DNA from: an uncultured archaeon
GTDB taxonomy: Archaea > Asgardarchaeota > Lokiarchaeia > Sigyniarchaeales > SOKP01
Assembly (NCBI GenBank): GCA_964632315.1
Contig: CAZWEM010000003.1
Span: 97,550-161,549 of the forward strand
DNA length: 64,000 nt
Direction of reading: 5' to 3'
The notes below the pieces were generated by a model. The model worked only from the letters and a program-made list of their open reading frames with translations. It had not been told where the DNA came from and did no database searches. Within the stretch, counting starts at the first letter, position 1. Every line of letters begins with the position of its first letter. Both the position numbers and the translations under genes were made by a program. Positions 9,095-18,795 of the stretch are shown here, piece by piece.

Positions 9095-9976
9095 TTATGA
9101 GATTTGAATTTCAAATACCCGATCAAGAAATCCCTTTATTTGCCTACTAGATTTGGGATCGCTATTAAATGTAGTATAAAGATAATTTGCCAAAAATATC
9201 TTAATTTCAGCCTGTAAATCACTTAATCGAATAAATTCATAGCCATTCTCTAATTGATGTTCGTTTACTAAAGGCTTTATGTGAGAGTTGATTAGGAAGA
9301 ATACAAATTTTACCAAAATTCCATTAATCATATCTTCTTCTTCAAGGGATAATTCATAATCACCTTGGACTATCTGGTTTTTAATGTTATTAAGCTGTAA
9401 CAATATTAATTCTACCTCTTTAGGAAGATTCAACTTCCTGATCTTATTTGGCATGTCATAAACTTTTGTGAGATTTAATGTCTTATTGCAGTAGTTATCT
9501 AAATTAGTGAAAAACCTCACTAGGAATTTAAAATTATCCTTAATCGCATATAAATTTTCCCAGTTATCCATATTAATATCATTTAACGTTTCTTCGATTT
9601 CATTTGAAACTCTTTCTGTAATTTCTCGCAAGTATTGTGAATAATCACCGTATTCGAAACCAAAGTAGTAATTATTATACTTTTCAGCCAGTTCAATACT
9701 TTTCATATTGTGGGTCTGAACCTTTTCTTTTCTAACTATTTCTTTGACAAATTTCATAATATAATTACATTTTGGACAATAGGTGACCCAGGTTCCTAAA
9801 ATTACTTCTGGTGGTTTTATACTTCCCATAGCTAGATACCCATTGAATCCTGAGGAAAATTTTTTTTGATCTGGAGTTGAAAATATCGCATCTTCAGGAT
9901 AAAATGTTCGTGGAATAAATTGATTCTCGCATAGGGGGCATTTAATCATTGGTTTTTCATTTATAGTTGCAGTCAT
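9095..9976 (-). CDS. hypothetical protein with N-terminal Zn-binding motifs
   Basis: CPLC...CPKC followed by a helical domain. Confidence 0.65.
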   Translation of the reverse strand: MTATINEKPMIKCPLCENQFIPRTFYPEDAIFSTPDQKKFSSGFNGYLAMGSIKPPEVILGTWVTYCPKCNYIMKFVKEIVRKEKVQTHNMKSIELAEKYNNYYFGFEYGDYSQYLREITERVSNEIEETLNDINMDNWENLYAIKDNFKFLVRFFTNLDNYCNKTLNLTKVYDMPNKIRKLNLPKEVELILLQLNNIKNQIVQGDYELSLEEEDMINGILVKFVFFLINSHIKPLVNEHQLENGYEFIRLSDLQAEIKIFLANYLYTTFNSDPKSSRQIKGFLDRVFEIQIS

Positions 9977-10163
9977 AATTCCTAATTGAATGGTTTATAA
10001 TTAATTTAATAAAAAAATATATCGAACGAGAGTTCTTAACTAGATCAGCAAATTTCGAAATTTATATTCTTATAATAAGAAGATTTCAAAATCTTATTAT
10101 TTTCATGTGATATGAGGGTGTTATTATGGTATTATATTCTCGAAAGCAAGAAATTTTTTTTCT

Positions 10164-10826
10164 TTATAAGACAGTGGTTGGTATGGTTATAAAAGCACTG
10201 AACATCATATAAATCCCAAAAATGATCATGAACAATCCACATGCTAGTAAAACATACTGAAATATCTTAGGATTGAGTGATCTACCTCCTAAATGAATAA
10301 AAACAGAAACAGGCAAATACCACACGATATCGCCAAGCTCATGCCCTATAAAAAATAGCAGAAGGCCAAGGGGATTATAAAATCCAATATTTAAATTAAT
10401 CATTAATCCCACTCCTATTACTGCCCACCAAAGTTCCCAAAATGGATTTGAAATACTTACAACGATCCCTCCAACAAAACTATTTCCCTTGAACCCTTTC
10501 ATCTGGTTTTCTACCTCAAAGTTAATCTCAATTCTGTTTCGATGCACATTTTTGATGAGGAGAATTCCTAAAATCATTAAAAAAATTCCCCCCAACACGC
10601 CAACAACAATTAAAAACATAGCATTTTGGAAAATTACAGTAGCTCCAGCTAGAAGAATCAGTATTAATGTTAATTCTATTGTCGCATGACCAAGTAAAAT
10701 AAAAACCGTTGCTATATAGCCCTTCTTTTCTTTCAATGATTTATAGATGGTAAAGGTTAGTAGTGGTCCCGGGGAAAGCGCTCCCGTTAAAGCTACTAAA
10801 AACGAAAACAGAAGAATTTCTAGCAT
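10164..10826 (-). CDS. LysE family translocator
   Basis: GALSPGP, LGHA..E, SISNPFW..WW; about 6 TM. Confidence 0.85.
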   Translation of the reverse strand: MLEILLFSFLVALTGALSPGPLLTFTIYKSLKEKKGYIATVFILLGHATIELTLILILLAGATVIFQNAMFLIVVGVLGGIFLMILGILLIKNVHRNRIEINFEVENQMKGFKGNSFVGGIVVSISNPFWELWWAVIGVGLMINLNIGFYNPLGLLLFFIGHELGDIVWYLPVSVFIHLGGRSLNPKIFQYVLLACGLFMIIFGIYMMFSAFITIPTTVL

Positions 10827-10829
10827 AAT

Positions 10830-11444
10830 TTAACTAGGAAGCAACCTCATGATAAGCCAAACAATAACAAATATTACGATCAAAATAGGAATCATAAATA
10901 GCAGGAACATGTATGATCCTTTTATCATCTCCTTTTGCCACGTTTTTAACCCTTTCTCCCAGTCATGTTTCGTTTGTTCTCTCCACTCTCGAAAATCCTG
11001 GTTGATTTTTTGTTTTCGTGACTCCCACTGTTCAGCTGATTCCTTTTGTTTTTGTTGAATGTCTTGATTCCATTTTTTTAATTGGGCATCCCATTTTGCC
11101 TGGGAGTCTTGAAAAAAACTCGAAATTTTTTCTTTGTTTTTTTGCCATTCTTCTTGATTTTCACGCTGAAATTTCTCCATTTCAGTAGAAAAATTGTTCA
11201 AGTCCCTTTCCCACGATTCTCCAAGACCTTTAAAGAATTTATCAATGTTTTGCTTGTTATTTTCCCAGTTTTCTTGATTTTCTTTTGATCCTTCCTCTAT
11301 TGTTTGTTTTAAATTCACTAATCCCTCATTTATTTCTTTCACAAACCCATTCCAAGCTTGAAGAAATACATTTTTTGAAGATTCATCTTGTCGCTTTTCT
11401 ATTTTTTGTTCATTGTCATACGGTAAATTCTTTTCTGAACTCAT
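10830..11444 (-). CDS. tail-anchored protein with Trp-periodic amphipathic helical repeats
   Basis: About 40-aa repeats (ENQENWENNKQNIDKFF / ENQEEWQKNKEKISSFF / ESAEQWESRKQKINQDF) and a single C-terminal TM. Confidence 0.7.
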   Translation of the reverse strand: MSSEKNLPYDNEQKIEKRQDESSKNVFLQAWNGFVKEINEGLVNLKQTIEEGSKENQENWENNKQNIDKFFKGLGESWERDLNNFSTEMEKFQRENQEEWQKNKEKISSFFQDSQAKWDAQLKKWNQDIQQKQKESAEQWESRKQKINQDFREWREQTKHDWEKGLKTWQKEMIKGSYMFLLFMIPILIVIFVIVWLIMRLLPS

Positions 11445-11527
11445 AGGTTGTTATTAAGATTTTGATACTTAAATATTTATTTCATGTGTAATTCATACAA
11501 CAGATAATTAAATAAAGAGAAATATGT

Positions 11528-12907
11528 ATGGAATTCAACCTACTTCCTAAAACTCCCCTCTATAAAGCATTTTCAGATGTTGGAAAACGGATTTATTTAT
11601 CAGATGGAATTTTTTATTGGTCTGGAAGGGCTAAAAAGGAGGCTGAATATTCAGCGACTCTTGGAGCTGCTTATGGATATGAAAAAGATTTCATCCCCGG
11701 AGGATCATCTGAGTGGCTCCCTTGCTACTTAAATAGTGTTCATTCTCAATTTCAAGATTTTAACATTAATAATTTAGTTCCATATGCTCCAATACCCGGA
11801 GTGGCTAATTTAAGGTCTGTCTGGAAAGATATAATAGTGAAGAAATGTCCTTTCAATCATCCTAATGAAATTCAATTCTTAAAAGATTACACCACGCTTC
11901 CTATTATTACAAACGGAGTTACAAATGCTATCTTTTCATCTTTTATGATGTTTTTAGATCCTAATGAAAGCGTTATTATTCCAAACAAAAGATGGGGCAA
12001 TTATGACAATATTATTAAGTTGTTAGGAGGAAAAATTAAGTCATTCCAGTTTTTTCACGAGGGAAAATTGAATGTAAGTGGGTTAAAAGAAGTTTTAGAA
12101 GAAACAGCAAGACATCAGGAGAAACTGATTATCCTTCTCAATTTTCCTAATAATCCAACTGGATATGTTCCAACTTATGAAGAAAAAGATGCGATAGTAG
12201 AACTTTTAATTGAAATCAATAATGAGTTTAAGATCCCTATTGTTGTATTGGTTGATGATGCATATGAACCCTATGTTTTTAATAAGAATAGAGTAAAGCA
12301 TTCAATTTTTTATGATTTACAAAAATTGAATGAAAATATCATCCCAGTTAAACTTGATGGAGTCACTAAGGAATTATTACTATATGGAGCTCGTATAGGA
12401 TTTATTACAATAGGATTAAAATCAAAATGGGTAGAAGGCGTAGGAGATTTACAAATCTTAAAAAATGAGATAGATAATAAGCTTTCTGGGTTGATAAGGA
12501 GTACTATTTCTAATTGTAATCATTTATATCAAGTAATCATTCAAAAACTTTTGAATGAACAAGGTATTGAACAGTTATCATTAGAAAGAAAAAAAATTCA
12601 AGATCTACTTCAAACTCGTTACGAAACTATAAACAAGCAGATGGGTTTAATTAACATCCCTGGAATTTCAATTGACCCTAATGGTGGAGGATTTTTCATT
12701 TTCGTTAATATCGATCCCAACATAGTAAAAGCCAATATTTTTGCAGATTTTTTATTAAAGAAATATAAAGTTGGCATTATTCCAATAGAAAAGCCAGAAG
12801 AAAATATCAATGGAATTCGCATAGCTTATTGTTCAATCAACCTTGATCAAATACCCGAATTCATTCAACGCATTAAATCAGCTTTTCTAGATTTTATTGT
12901 TAAATAA
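11528..12907 (+). CDS. PLP-dependent aminotransferase class I/II
   Basis: NFPNNPTGY, DDAY, DGVTKE...YGARIG. Confidence 0.9.
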   Translation: MEFNLLPKTPLYKAFSDVGKRIYLSDGIFYWSGRAKKEAEYSATLGAAYGYEKDFIPGGSSEWLPCYLNSVHSQFQDFNINNLVPYAPIPGVANLRSVWKDIIVKKCPFNHPNEIQFLKDYTTLPIITNGVTNAIFSSFMMFLDPNESVIIPNKRWGNYDNIIKLLGGKIKSFQFFHEGKLNVSGLKEVLEETARHQEKLIILLNFPNNPTGYVPTYEEKDAIVELLIEINNEFKIPIVVLVDDAYEPYVFNKNRVKHSIFYDLQKLNENIIPVKLDGVTKELLLYGARIGFITIGLKSKWVEGVGDLQILKNEIDNKLSGLIRSTISNCNHLYQVIIQKLLNEQGIEQLSLERKKIQDLLQTRYETINKQMGLINIPGISIDPNGGGFFIFVNIDPNIVKANIFADFLLKKYKVGIIPIEKPEENINGIRIAYCSINLDQIPEFIQRIKSAFLDFIVK

Positions 12908-13001
12908 AACTTAGGTTTTTATTTCTAATTATTTAAAAATATTGAGTTTATTATGTAATGTAACTTCTTAAAAAAAAATCAACTTAATTAAGTGAAATAT
13001 A

Positions 13002-14009
13002 ATGAAATTATATTTGGTTAATCAAGGACAACTCCAAGAAATAAATAATCCGATCTTTTCCACTGGTGATGTATATTTAGTTGATGATGATAGGACGATC
13101 TATGTCTGGATTGGAAACAAATGTTCAGTTGATGAAAAAACTGCTGGAGCAGCCCAAGCACGTACTTTAGATCAGCAAAGAGGGGGAGCAGCAAAAATTA
13201 TTACTATTGATCAAAACCAAGAAACAGCTGAATTTCTCAAACTCATATCTTCAATGGGAGCGATGAAAGTGGTCGAGAAAAATGTCGCTCGAACCATGCT
13301 AAAGGATGTTGTTACAGGTGATTATGCTCAATTTAATGAGCACATTAATGTTTTATATAGAGTATCTTCTGAAGAGTTTGAAGGAATTGATGCAATGAAA
13401 ATGGTACAAGTACCTTACGTTAGAGAGAGTTTAGATACAGAAGATTGTTTTGTATTAGATTTAGGTAACAAAATATATGTTTGGCAGGGCAATGCTTGTA
13501 ATGTAAAAGAAAAAGTAAAATCGGGACAATGGGCTCGTCAAATTGATGCAGAGCGAGCAGGTTTGCAAAATGAAACGATTTTTGAAGAAGGTGACGACGT
13601 TGAGTTTATCAATGCTCTCCAAAAGGGAGAAAATTATAAAGAATCAGATGCATTTCAATTACGAGCAGAATCAGAATTAGAACCTGAAACCGAAGCAGAT
13701 AAAATGGCAGAATCCATCCAACCAGAGCATAAAGCTACAATCTCAGATGTCACGCCTGAACAGATAAAACAAGAGATAAAAGCAGTAAGTGCATCAAGTG
13801 CTGGTCCAGGAATTCCTGGTGCAGTTGACGATTCAATTCTCACTATTGAGAAAAGTGATGGTCGCCGAGTTTGTCCAAAATGCGGGAATGAAAATAAAAT
13901 GTCCATTCACGAATCAGTTGATAAAAGCAATATCATATTAGATTATCCGAGAGTATACGGTAAAAAGTACCGCTGTGGTGAATGTGGAATCGAATGGCGG
14001 GAAAAATAG
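13002..14009 (+). CDS. two-domain gelsolin-family actin regulator with C-terminal Zn ribbon
   Basis: FSTGDVYLVD...IYVWIG..CS.DEK and SLDTEDCFVLDLGNKIYVWQG...N.KEK gelsolin repeats; RRVCPKCG...KKYRCGECG. Confidence 0.85.
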   Translation: MKLYLVNQGQLQEINNPIFSTGDVYLVDDDRTIYVWIGNKCSVDEKTAGAAQARTLDQQRGGAAKIITIDQNQETAEFLKLISSMGAMKVVEKNVARTMLKDVVTGDYAQFNEHINVLYRVSSEEFEGIDAMKMVQVPYVRESLDTEDCFVLDLGNKIYVWQGNACNVKEKVKSGQWARQIDAERAGLQNETIFEEGDDVEFINALQKGENYKESDAFQLRAESELEPETEADKMAESIQPEHKATISDVTPEQIKQEIKAVSASSAGPGIPGAVDDSILTIEKSDGRRVCPKCGNENKMSIHESVDKSNIILDYPRVYGKKYRCGECGIEWREK

Positions 14010-14061
14010 CTAGATAATTTTATTTCTTTTCTATTTTTATCAATTTGAATATAAAATCATT

Positions 14062-15285
14062 TCAACTTTTTTGTAAATCTCGTCTAAGCATCTTGATTTT
14101 TTTCTTTAAATCAACAATCTCAATATCCTTATTCTCAAGTTGAGATTCCATTTTTAAATTTTTATCCTTAACTGTCTGGATTTCTGTTAAAAGTCTATCT
14201 TCGATCTGTTCTGCTTCATATAATTTGTTTTCTAACCTGGTTTTATTGCCTGCCAATTCTCGAATTTCAACGTCTTTATCATCTATAATGCTTCTTAAAT
14301 TTGAGAGTTCTAATTCGAATTTGCCTGTAATATTTCCAGATTTTTCTTGGCTTTCTTCTAATTTTTGTTGTAACCTTCCAATAAATTCTTCATTCGTGAT
14401 ATTTTTTTGGTTTAATTTTTCAACTTCTAAGACCAATTCATTTATCCTTTCTTCTTTCTTTTCCACATCTTTCTTTACTAAACTAAATGTTTCGAGTTGT
14501 TGCTGTAATTCCTGTAATTTTTGATTTTGAGATTGAAAAGTATTTTGCATTTCAAAAATCTCTTTCTCCTTTTCAGTGATCAATTCATCCTTGACTTGTA
14601 ATTCATTTCTAATTTTTTCGTACTTAGATTTATTGATCGTATCTTCTTCTAAATATTGTAATTGTTCCTTCAACTCTATAATCTGCTTATCTTTTTCTTC
14701 TAGTGAATGAGTTAAATCTTCTGTAGATTTAAATTTGGTTTGATTTTCTTCTAATTCATCTGTTAAAGATTGGATTTTTTGACTTTGATCATCTATGATA
14801 CGATTGGATTTATCAATTTCTTTATTTAAATTTTCAATTGTCTTGTTCTTCTCATCTACAATAAATTTTAATTCTTCTAATTGAGATTCATTTTCTCTAA
14901 TTTTAAGCTTCAATTGTTCTTCTTGTGAAGCGTCGGATGCCTCTTGAACCTGCCTTTCTAAATTTTTTATCTTTTCATCTTTTTCTGTAATACTCTGTAA
15001 TAGATTTTCAATTGTATCATTATTTTTAATAACTATTTGTTGAGATGTCTCTTTTTCACGTATGAGCTCAGAAAGTTCTTGCATTAAATTTTCTGTTTCT
15101 GTTTGACTTTTTTCAATCTCAGTCTTTAATTTATCATTTTCTTCTTTAAGAAAACGTAATTGTTCTTCTAATTCTTGTTCATCTTTCTGAATTCCCTCAT
15201 CTTCTGGTTCTTTTTCTTCAACCCAACCAAGAGAGCTTAAGGCATCGACGATTGATTTATCTTCGTCTTCGTGATCTTCGGGCAT
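14062..15285 (-). CDS. long coiled-coil protein
   Basis: Continuous E/K/Q/L heptads over about 370 aa. Confidence 0.75.
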   Translation of the reverse strand: MPEDHEDEDKSIVDALSSLGWVEEKEPEDEGIQKDEQELEEQLRFLKEENDKLKTEIEKSQTETENLMQELSELIREKETSQQIVIKNNDTIENLLQSITEKDEKIKNLERQVQEASDASQEEQLKLKIRENESQLEELKFIVDEKNKTIENLNKEIDKSNRIIDDQSQKIQSLTDELEENQTKFKSTEDLTHSLEEKDKQIIELKEQLQYLEEDTINKSKYEKIRNELQVKDELITEKEKEIFEMQNTFQSQNQKLQELQQQLETFSLVKKDVEKKEERINELVLEVEKLNQKNITNEEFIGRLQQKLEESQEKSGNITGKFELELSNLRSIIDDKDVEIRELAGNKTRLENKLYEAEQIEDRLLTEIQTVKDKNLKMESQLENKDIEIVDLKKKIKMLRRDLQKS

Positions 15286-15414
15286 ATTATAAAAAACGCG
15301 TTTTGATCTATTAAATTTTATGTTAATTAATATCGAATTTAAACTTAATATATCTTATCAAATTAATCCAAAGGATGCATAAATCGCCTTAGAAAGGAGG
15401 ACTACAAAAGAAAA

Positions 15415-15906
15415 TCACAATTCTTCTATAATAATATTATTTTGAAACACATATGTTCTATCTAAAAAGAATTTGGTCAAATATCCTATTGGAAGTGCGA
15501 TAAAAACACTTAAATCTAAGGGTAAATTGAAGAAATTTTCTAATATAAATTGAATTCCAAGATTTTCAAGCGTTGTTAAAATAGCGAACATGAAATATTT
15601 TACGAATTCTTTTGAAGTTTGTTTCAATTTTTTACTCATTGCCTTAAAAACAAGGAATTTATCAAGAAAAAATTTTATTAGGTAGGTAATTCCTACAGCT
15701 AAAACGGATCCAATAAAATGTGACATTTTAGGTTCTTGAGTACAATAGAGAACTTGAAACCAATCAATCCCTGCAAAACTTGAGCATAGGGTTGGAGCAA
15801 TAAATTGATTTAACTTTTGAATACCATAGTTCAATCCAATCATTAAAGCTGCAAATGTAAAATAGAGTAACATTTGTCTTTTTATATCATTATTTTTACG
15901 TTCCAT
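15415..15906 (-). CDS. GtrA family membrane protein
   Basis: Two repeats ending KFFLDK/R..VF; 4 TM. Confidence 0.75.
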   Translation of the reverse strand: MERKNNDIKRQMLLYFTFAALMIGLNYGIQKLNQFIAPTLCSSFAGIDWFQVLYCTQEPKMSHFIGSVLAVGITYLIKFFLDKFLVFKAMSKKLKQTSKEFVKYFMFAILTTLENLGIQFILENFFNLPLDLSVFIALPIGYLTKFFLDRTYVFQNNIIIEEL

Positions 15907-15933
15907 ATTAACTCTACACTCAAAATGAGTAGT

Positions 15934-16275
15934 TTACTTTACTAATTTCTTTCCACAATTTGGACAATATCTAAGATTTTCTTCTTCTATAAGAAAATGA
16001 CATTTTGAACACCTCTTTCCCTTATCATCATATGACTCTACATCCAAATCTACAAACGGAGCAGTTTCTCCAGGTGCTCGTGTCTCCTCATCTTGTGTAT
16101 AGTCTTCATTTGACTGTTCCTCATGATTTTCAACCCGTAATCGAGATCTACTAAAACAATAAGGTACGATGATTAGGATTGGAGTTAACCAGAATTCTCC
16201 AAATAAGAAAAATAGCACTAAACTTGCTGCAGTTATAATTAGACCAATAATCATCAAAATTTTATTTAATCTCAT
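15934..16275 (-). CDS. membrane protein with C-terminal zinc ribbon
   Basis: 2 TM, then CSKC...YCPNCG. Confidence 0.7.
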   Translation of the reverse strand: MRLNKILMIIGLIITAASLVLFFLFGEFWLTPILIIVPYCFSRSRLRVENHEEQSNEDYTQDEETRAPGETAPFVDLDVESYDDKGKRCSKCHFLIEEENLRYCPNCGKKLVK

Positions 16276-16342
16276 TTTTCAAGGTTTTTAAATGTGATAT
16301 CCAAAATTTTTAAGTTTATTCTCGATCTTAATAGTCAAATTA

Positions 16343-16939
16343 TTAATTTTTAATTCTTTCTTTCCAAGAGTCACTACGAGCTCCATTTGTGCCTAAATTC
16401 TCTTCGTGGGAATCGATCTGGAAAATTTCTTGAGGTTCGGCAGAGTTTCTTGAGAGAATGTTTCTTACCTCAGTTACATCGCTTTTGGGAGCATTTTCTT
16501 TTCCCGTAATTTTTCTATAACCCCACCTTGTTAAGTAGATCACTAAAGTAAGTCCAAAGGAAAAGAGAAAGTATACAGCAATCCATCCATCACCAAAGAA
16601 AAGAAGTGGAAAAGGAAGTAAAGCTCCATAAGGATTATAAAAAATTCCAATGATCGCGAATATTATCCAAAAAACGATACATCTCGCGCATGAGGGTAAA
16701 ATCTGTTTTTTCATCATTTCTTTAGTTAACTGCATTGATTCCTGTTGTAAACTATAGAATTGTTGCGTATCAGAAGTTAATTGCGCATTTTTCATTCTCT
16801 CCTGAAGATTTTTTGTTTTCTCTCTAAATTCTTTAGAACTTTTAGGACTAATCCCCATTATTTTATTTAATAGCAAGCTAAAGACAACCATACCTAGCGT
16901 TATAAAAAAGATTTGGAGGATAATAAACTCATTTGCCAT
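16343..16939 (-). CDS. EMC3/TMCO1 (DUF106, Oxa1 superfamily) membrane insertase-like protein
   Basis: TM, coiled coil (QQESMQLTKEMMKKQ), TM, LPFPL...GWIAVYFL TM. Confidence 0.7.
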   Translation of the reverse strand: MANEFIILQIFFITLGMVVFSLLLNKIMGISPKSSKEFREKTKNLQERMKNAQLTSDTQQFYSLQQESMQLTKEMMKKQILPSCARCIVFWIIFAIIGIFYNPYGALLPFPLLFFGDGWIAVYFLFSFGLTLVIYLTRWGYRKITGKENAPKSDVTEVRNILSRNSAEPQEIFQIDSHEENLGTNGARSDSWKERIKN

Positions 16940-17028
16940 TAATTCATCACTAAGTTATGAAATATGCTAATTTAATTAAGTTTTATCATATAAGGCTTTA
17001 AATTAAACGGTTAAACACTCATAAATTT

Positions 17029-18141
17029 TTATTTAAGATTACCTCTTAAATATCCCATAATAAATTTGGATGCTAGAGTTTTCCAACGAGCAGGCATCGA
17101 AGATGCAATAGCACATCCAAGTCTGCATTCTTTACAAAATTCAAAATCGTCGTGCTTATTCATAATTTCTCTTGCTTCTAATGAATTATAGATTTTTGAA
17201 ATAGGAATCTTCAAGGCATTGAAACTTTTTATGGGATGAATTTTGCACGGAAAATCTATAAAACCATCATATCTGACAAATAAATATGCTTCTGCCACAT
17301 GACATCTTAGTAATTCTTGATTATATTTGGGATTTCCTCCAAATCCTCCTCTTTGGACAACAGCAACGCTTATCGGGTCGGTTAGAATATTATTGAAATC
17401 CTTTCTTAAATTATCAATAGTATTCGCCCACAATGATAAGTCAGGAATTAAATTTTCAATATTTTTCACAATATAACGATTATTTGGAAAGTCTCTAATA
17501 ATATTTTCACAGGGAAATATTTCTATCGAGCAATTCAGACTTTCAGCTAATTCACAGATTTCTCGAAGGTATTTAAAATTTTGTTTCATAACTACAGTAC
17601 TTAAAATGACTTTTATGTCACGCTGGTTCGCAAGATTTATTGTTTCTATAACTCTATCAAAAACATTTATCCCTCGTATTTTATCATGTTGTTCTTTAAA
17701 GGGATAATCTAAAGATATTAGTAAGTAGTCTAAGCCACTTAATTTGCCATTTTGTTTAAATAATTTAGGCATTAGGTAACCATTGGTTGCGACACCAATC
17801 ATTAAATCATGTTCAACCCCAGCATGATAAATTAATTCGGGAAGATCATTTCTTAACGTAGGTTCTCCTCCAGTGAAAGATAAAGAATTCACCCCTAAAC
17901 TAGAAATTTGATCAATAAGACATTTTACTTGCTTTGTAGACATCTCTTTTGAAATGTCATTTTCTTCCATCATAGGGAATGAACAAAACGGACAAGAGGC
18001 ATTACATCGTAATGTTAATTCAATTTGAGCAGAATAGGGTATTTTCTTTGAGGTAAATTTATTCAAGGTGAAATTTTTCATATATCTTAACCAATTCTTA
18101 CCTCTCATTGGCGGAATTAAGTTCACCCTAAAAGATGTCAA
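17029..18141 (-). CDS. radical SAM protein with SPASM-like C-terminal domain
   Basis: LTLRCNASCPFC, FTGGEP, TNG, and C-terminal C...PC...CKECRLGC. Confidence 0.9.
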   Translation of the reverse strand: MTSFRVNLIPPMRGKNWLRYMKNFTLNKFTSKKIPYSAQIELTLRCNASCPFCSFPMMEENDISKEMSTKQVKCLIDQISSLGVNSLSFTGGEPTLRNDLPELIYHAGVEHDLMIGVATNGYLMPKLFKQNGKLSGLDYLLISLDYPFKEQHDKIRGINVFDRVIETINLANQRDIKVILSTVVMKQNFKYLREICELAESLNCSIEIFPCENIIRDFPNNRYIVKNIENLIPDLSLWANTIDNLRKDFNNILTDPISVAVVQRGGFGGNPKYNQELLRCHVAEAYLFVRYDGFIDFPCKIHPIKSFNALKIPISKIYNSLEAREIMNKHDDFEFCKECRLGCAIASSMPARWKTLASKFIMGYLRGNLK

Positions 18142-18353
18142 ATAAATTGATTAAAAGATAATAAATGTTCGAATAAATTAATAAATTCAATCATGATTAA
18201 AAACCTAACTCATATCAATATTAGCACCTTAAATTGAAAAAATAATTGAACCAAAGTGACTTAGAATAGTATCGAGAATGAAAAACATTTTTAAATAGAA
18301 AAATGGATGTCATTACTTCATTTTAAAAAATGAGGAAAAAAAGAGAATAAAAT

Positions 18354-18686
18354 TTAGACTTCAGTTCCACAAGACTTACAAATATATTTCTTTGCATAAA
18401 TCTTCATTCCGCCTTGTTGAAAAAGCACCTGTGACTGATCTTCAACCGTATTAAATGAAGTTCCCCCACATTTTGGGCAAACTCTCCTACCTTCTATAGG
18501 AGGATTTTCCTTAGTTTTTTCCTCTTCCTCCTGCTTTTCAACTACCGAGGAGGGTTTTACAATACCACTTGCTTCTGGCATGGAATGAGAAACTGTTCTT
18601 GTTTGCGATTTGTTTTCCAGAAGGGAATCAAGTTTTTTATTGATCACTTCTAGTAATGAAATTACTTTCTGTTCAAAATCAGACAT
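18354..18686 (-). CDS. small protein: short N-terminal coiled coil plus Zn ribbon
   Basis: Likely start MSDFEQK at 18686 (the ORF-track extension overlaps the upstream gene); GRRVCPKCGG...YAKKYICKSCG. Confidence 0.7.
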   Translation of the reverse strand: MSDFEQKVISLLEVINKKLDSLLENKSQTRTVSHSMPEASGIVKPSSVVEKQEEEEKTKENPPIEGRRVCPKCGGTSFNTVEDQSQVLFQQGGMKIYAKKYICKSCGTEV

Positions 18687-18795
18687 AAAAGATACTCCAA
18701 TTTTTTTATGATTATAAATCGATTTTAATAAATTATCTAAAATTTTCATTAAAAATTTATGCTTAGTGAAAATTTGAACCTGAGGATCTGTTTGC

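Noticed and set aside
14062-15285. SMC, ESCRT or intermediate-filament assignment for the coiled-coil protein
   Set aside because: No Walker motifs or diagnostic domain; a generic coiled coil cannot be assigned by eye
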